A stretch of DNA of 59,982 nt, counting the filler. It is 4 parts of 4 records of this genome, joined end to end, with 100 filler letters (N's around TTAATTAATTAA, not from the genome) between each part and the next. Parts side by side here need not be neighbours in the genome. Positions count along the whole stretch, not along the records: positions 53,047 to 59,982 come from SRR31156797_1144; 3 more parts are not named here. One strand, written 5' to 3'. Each line of letters opens with the position of its first letter. Position 1 is the first letter of the stretch. Below the pieces are notes generated by a model. The model was not told where the DNA came from. It made no database searches and saw only the letters and a list, made by a program, of their open reading frames with translations. The position numbers and the translations under genes were made by a program. Below, piece by piece: positions 58,799 through 59,982 of this stretch.

Positions 58799-59495
58799 GC
58801 TCTATATAATTATGTATCTATAACTACATGAAAGTAAAAGCTTCCAATTCCATGCAATAATATTATGTTCCCCAGTGTCGTTGGGGCGATAGGGAGATGG
58901 ACATTGGGACGGTAGAGAGATGGACACTGGGTGATTGATAGATTTGATTTGAGAAAACTAAAAGTAGCTATCCAATAGCTAAATCAGTATAGTGATATAA
59001 ACATCAGTTAATGGTTATTTATATATTAAACTATTTACTCTCCTCTTAAAAAACTTTTAAGAAGCTGCATATAATAATATATAGAGACCCAAGAACAAAC
59101 TACAATACAATTATATTTATATACCACATTAGAATAATGAGTGTTTTCTATATAATATATAGACATAAAACACTAAATCCTGGATAAACTTTATCCTTTC
59201 TTTAAAAACAATTAGGAATTTCCTCTATTTTCCTGAATATACATACTCTTCAAAAAAGTACCTTTTCCTACCCTTTTGTAATTAAGTAAATCCCAACCTA
59301 ATTATATATACCTAAATATCTGCACATTACACAAAATGTAACTTAAAAAGTAAGATTCCGCCTTTTTCCTACATTAATGTAGAAGTATTTAAGCGTGCCA
59401 AAACTTAAAATCAAAAATAAATTATTTTTTAACCCCTCTATACCTGATAGTTACAAGCTTTTTTACGTCTCAAAAATCAGTACTAAATCATTTTT

Positions 59496-59510
59496 TGGCA
59501 CATTCTATGG
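59496..59510 (+). promoter_or_regulatory. Sigma54-type promoter of nifH (variant -12)
   Basis: TGGCAC -24 element; the -12 position reads ATGG instead of TTGC; 55 nt upstream of the ATG. Confidence 0.6.
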
Positions 59511-59517
59511 CATATAA

Positions 59518-59982
<465 letters not shown>

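Noticed and set aside
58940-59250. Hidden gene or RNA in the long AT-rich gap before nifH
   Set aside because: No ORF of 60 aa or more and no recognisable structured-RNA pattern.

Overview
This window is not one locus. It contains four unrelated contigs joined by artificial 100-nt spacers (44 N + TTAATTAATTAA + 44 N) at 18313-18412, 33640-33739 and 52947-53046. Contig A (1-18312; AT-rich, Arcobacter/Campylobacterota-like by inference) is a signalling region. It has two tandem CheB-CheR-PAS fusions in an operon with an Rcp1-type regulator and a Cph1-type kinase, flanked by a diguanylate cyclase and a kinase that share an N-terminal coiled-coil module; it also carries a LapG-like protease, a lipoprotein cytochrome c and htpX. 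Contig B (18413-33639; clearly higher GC, possibly Desulfobacterota) is a single minus-strand gas vesicle cluster: GvpC-like, gvpN, GvpV-like, four GvpL/F, gvpG, gvpO, two GvpA/J and gvpK. Interleaved with these is an apparently dedicated chaperone set (Cdc48 ATPase, monoderm-type DnaK, a J-domain fused to GvpL/F, two DnaJ-type zinc-finger proteins, a PH-HTH-Hsp20 protein) and a sensorless two-component pair. Contig C (33740-52946; Arcobacter-like) is a dense two-component/c-di-GMP region. It includes an unusual CheA-CheX hybrid, a REC-FIST protein, a conserved three-site OmpR-type promoter box, a deletion pseudogene, and a 1.08-kb islet at a tRNA 3' end carrying a putative ADP-ribosyltransferase toxin with a small partner gene. 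Contig D (53047-59982; Bacteroidota-type promoters) has nifA, aguA/aguB, an aldo-keto reductase and the 5' part of nifH behind a sigma54-type promoter. All family assignments come from motifs read by eye; no database searches were run.
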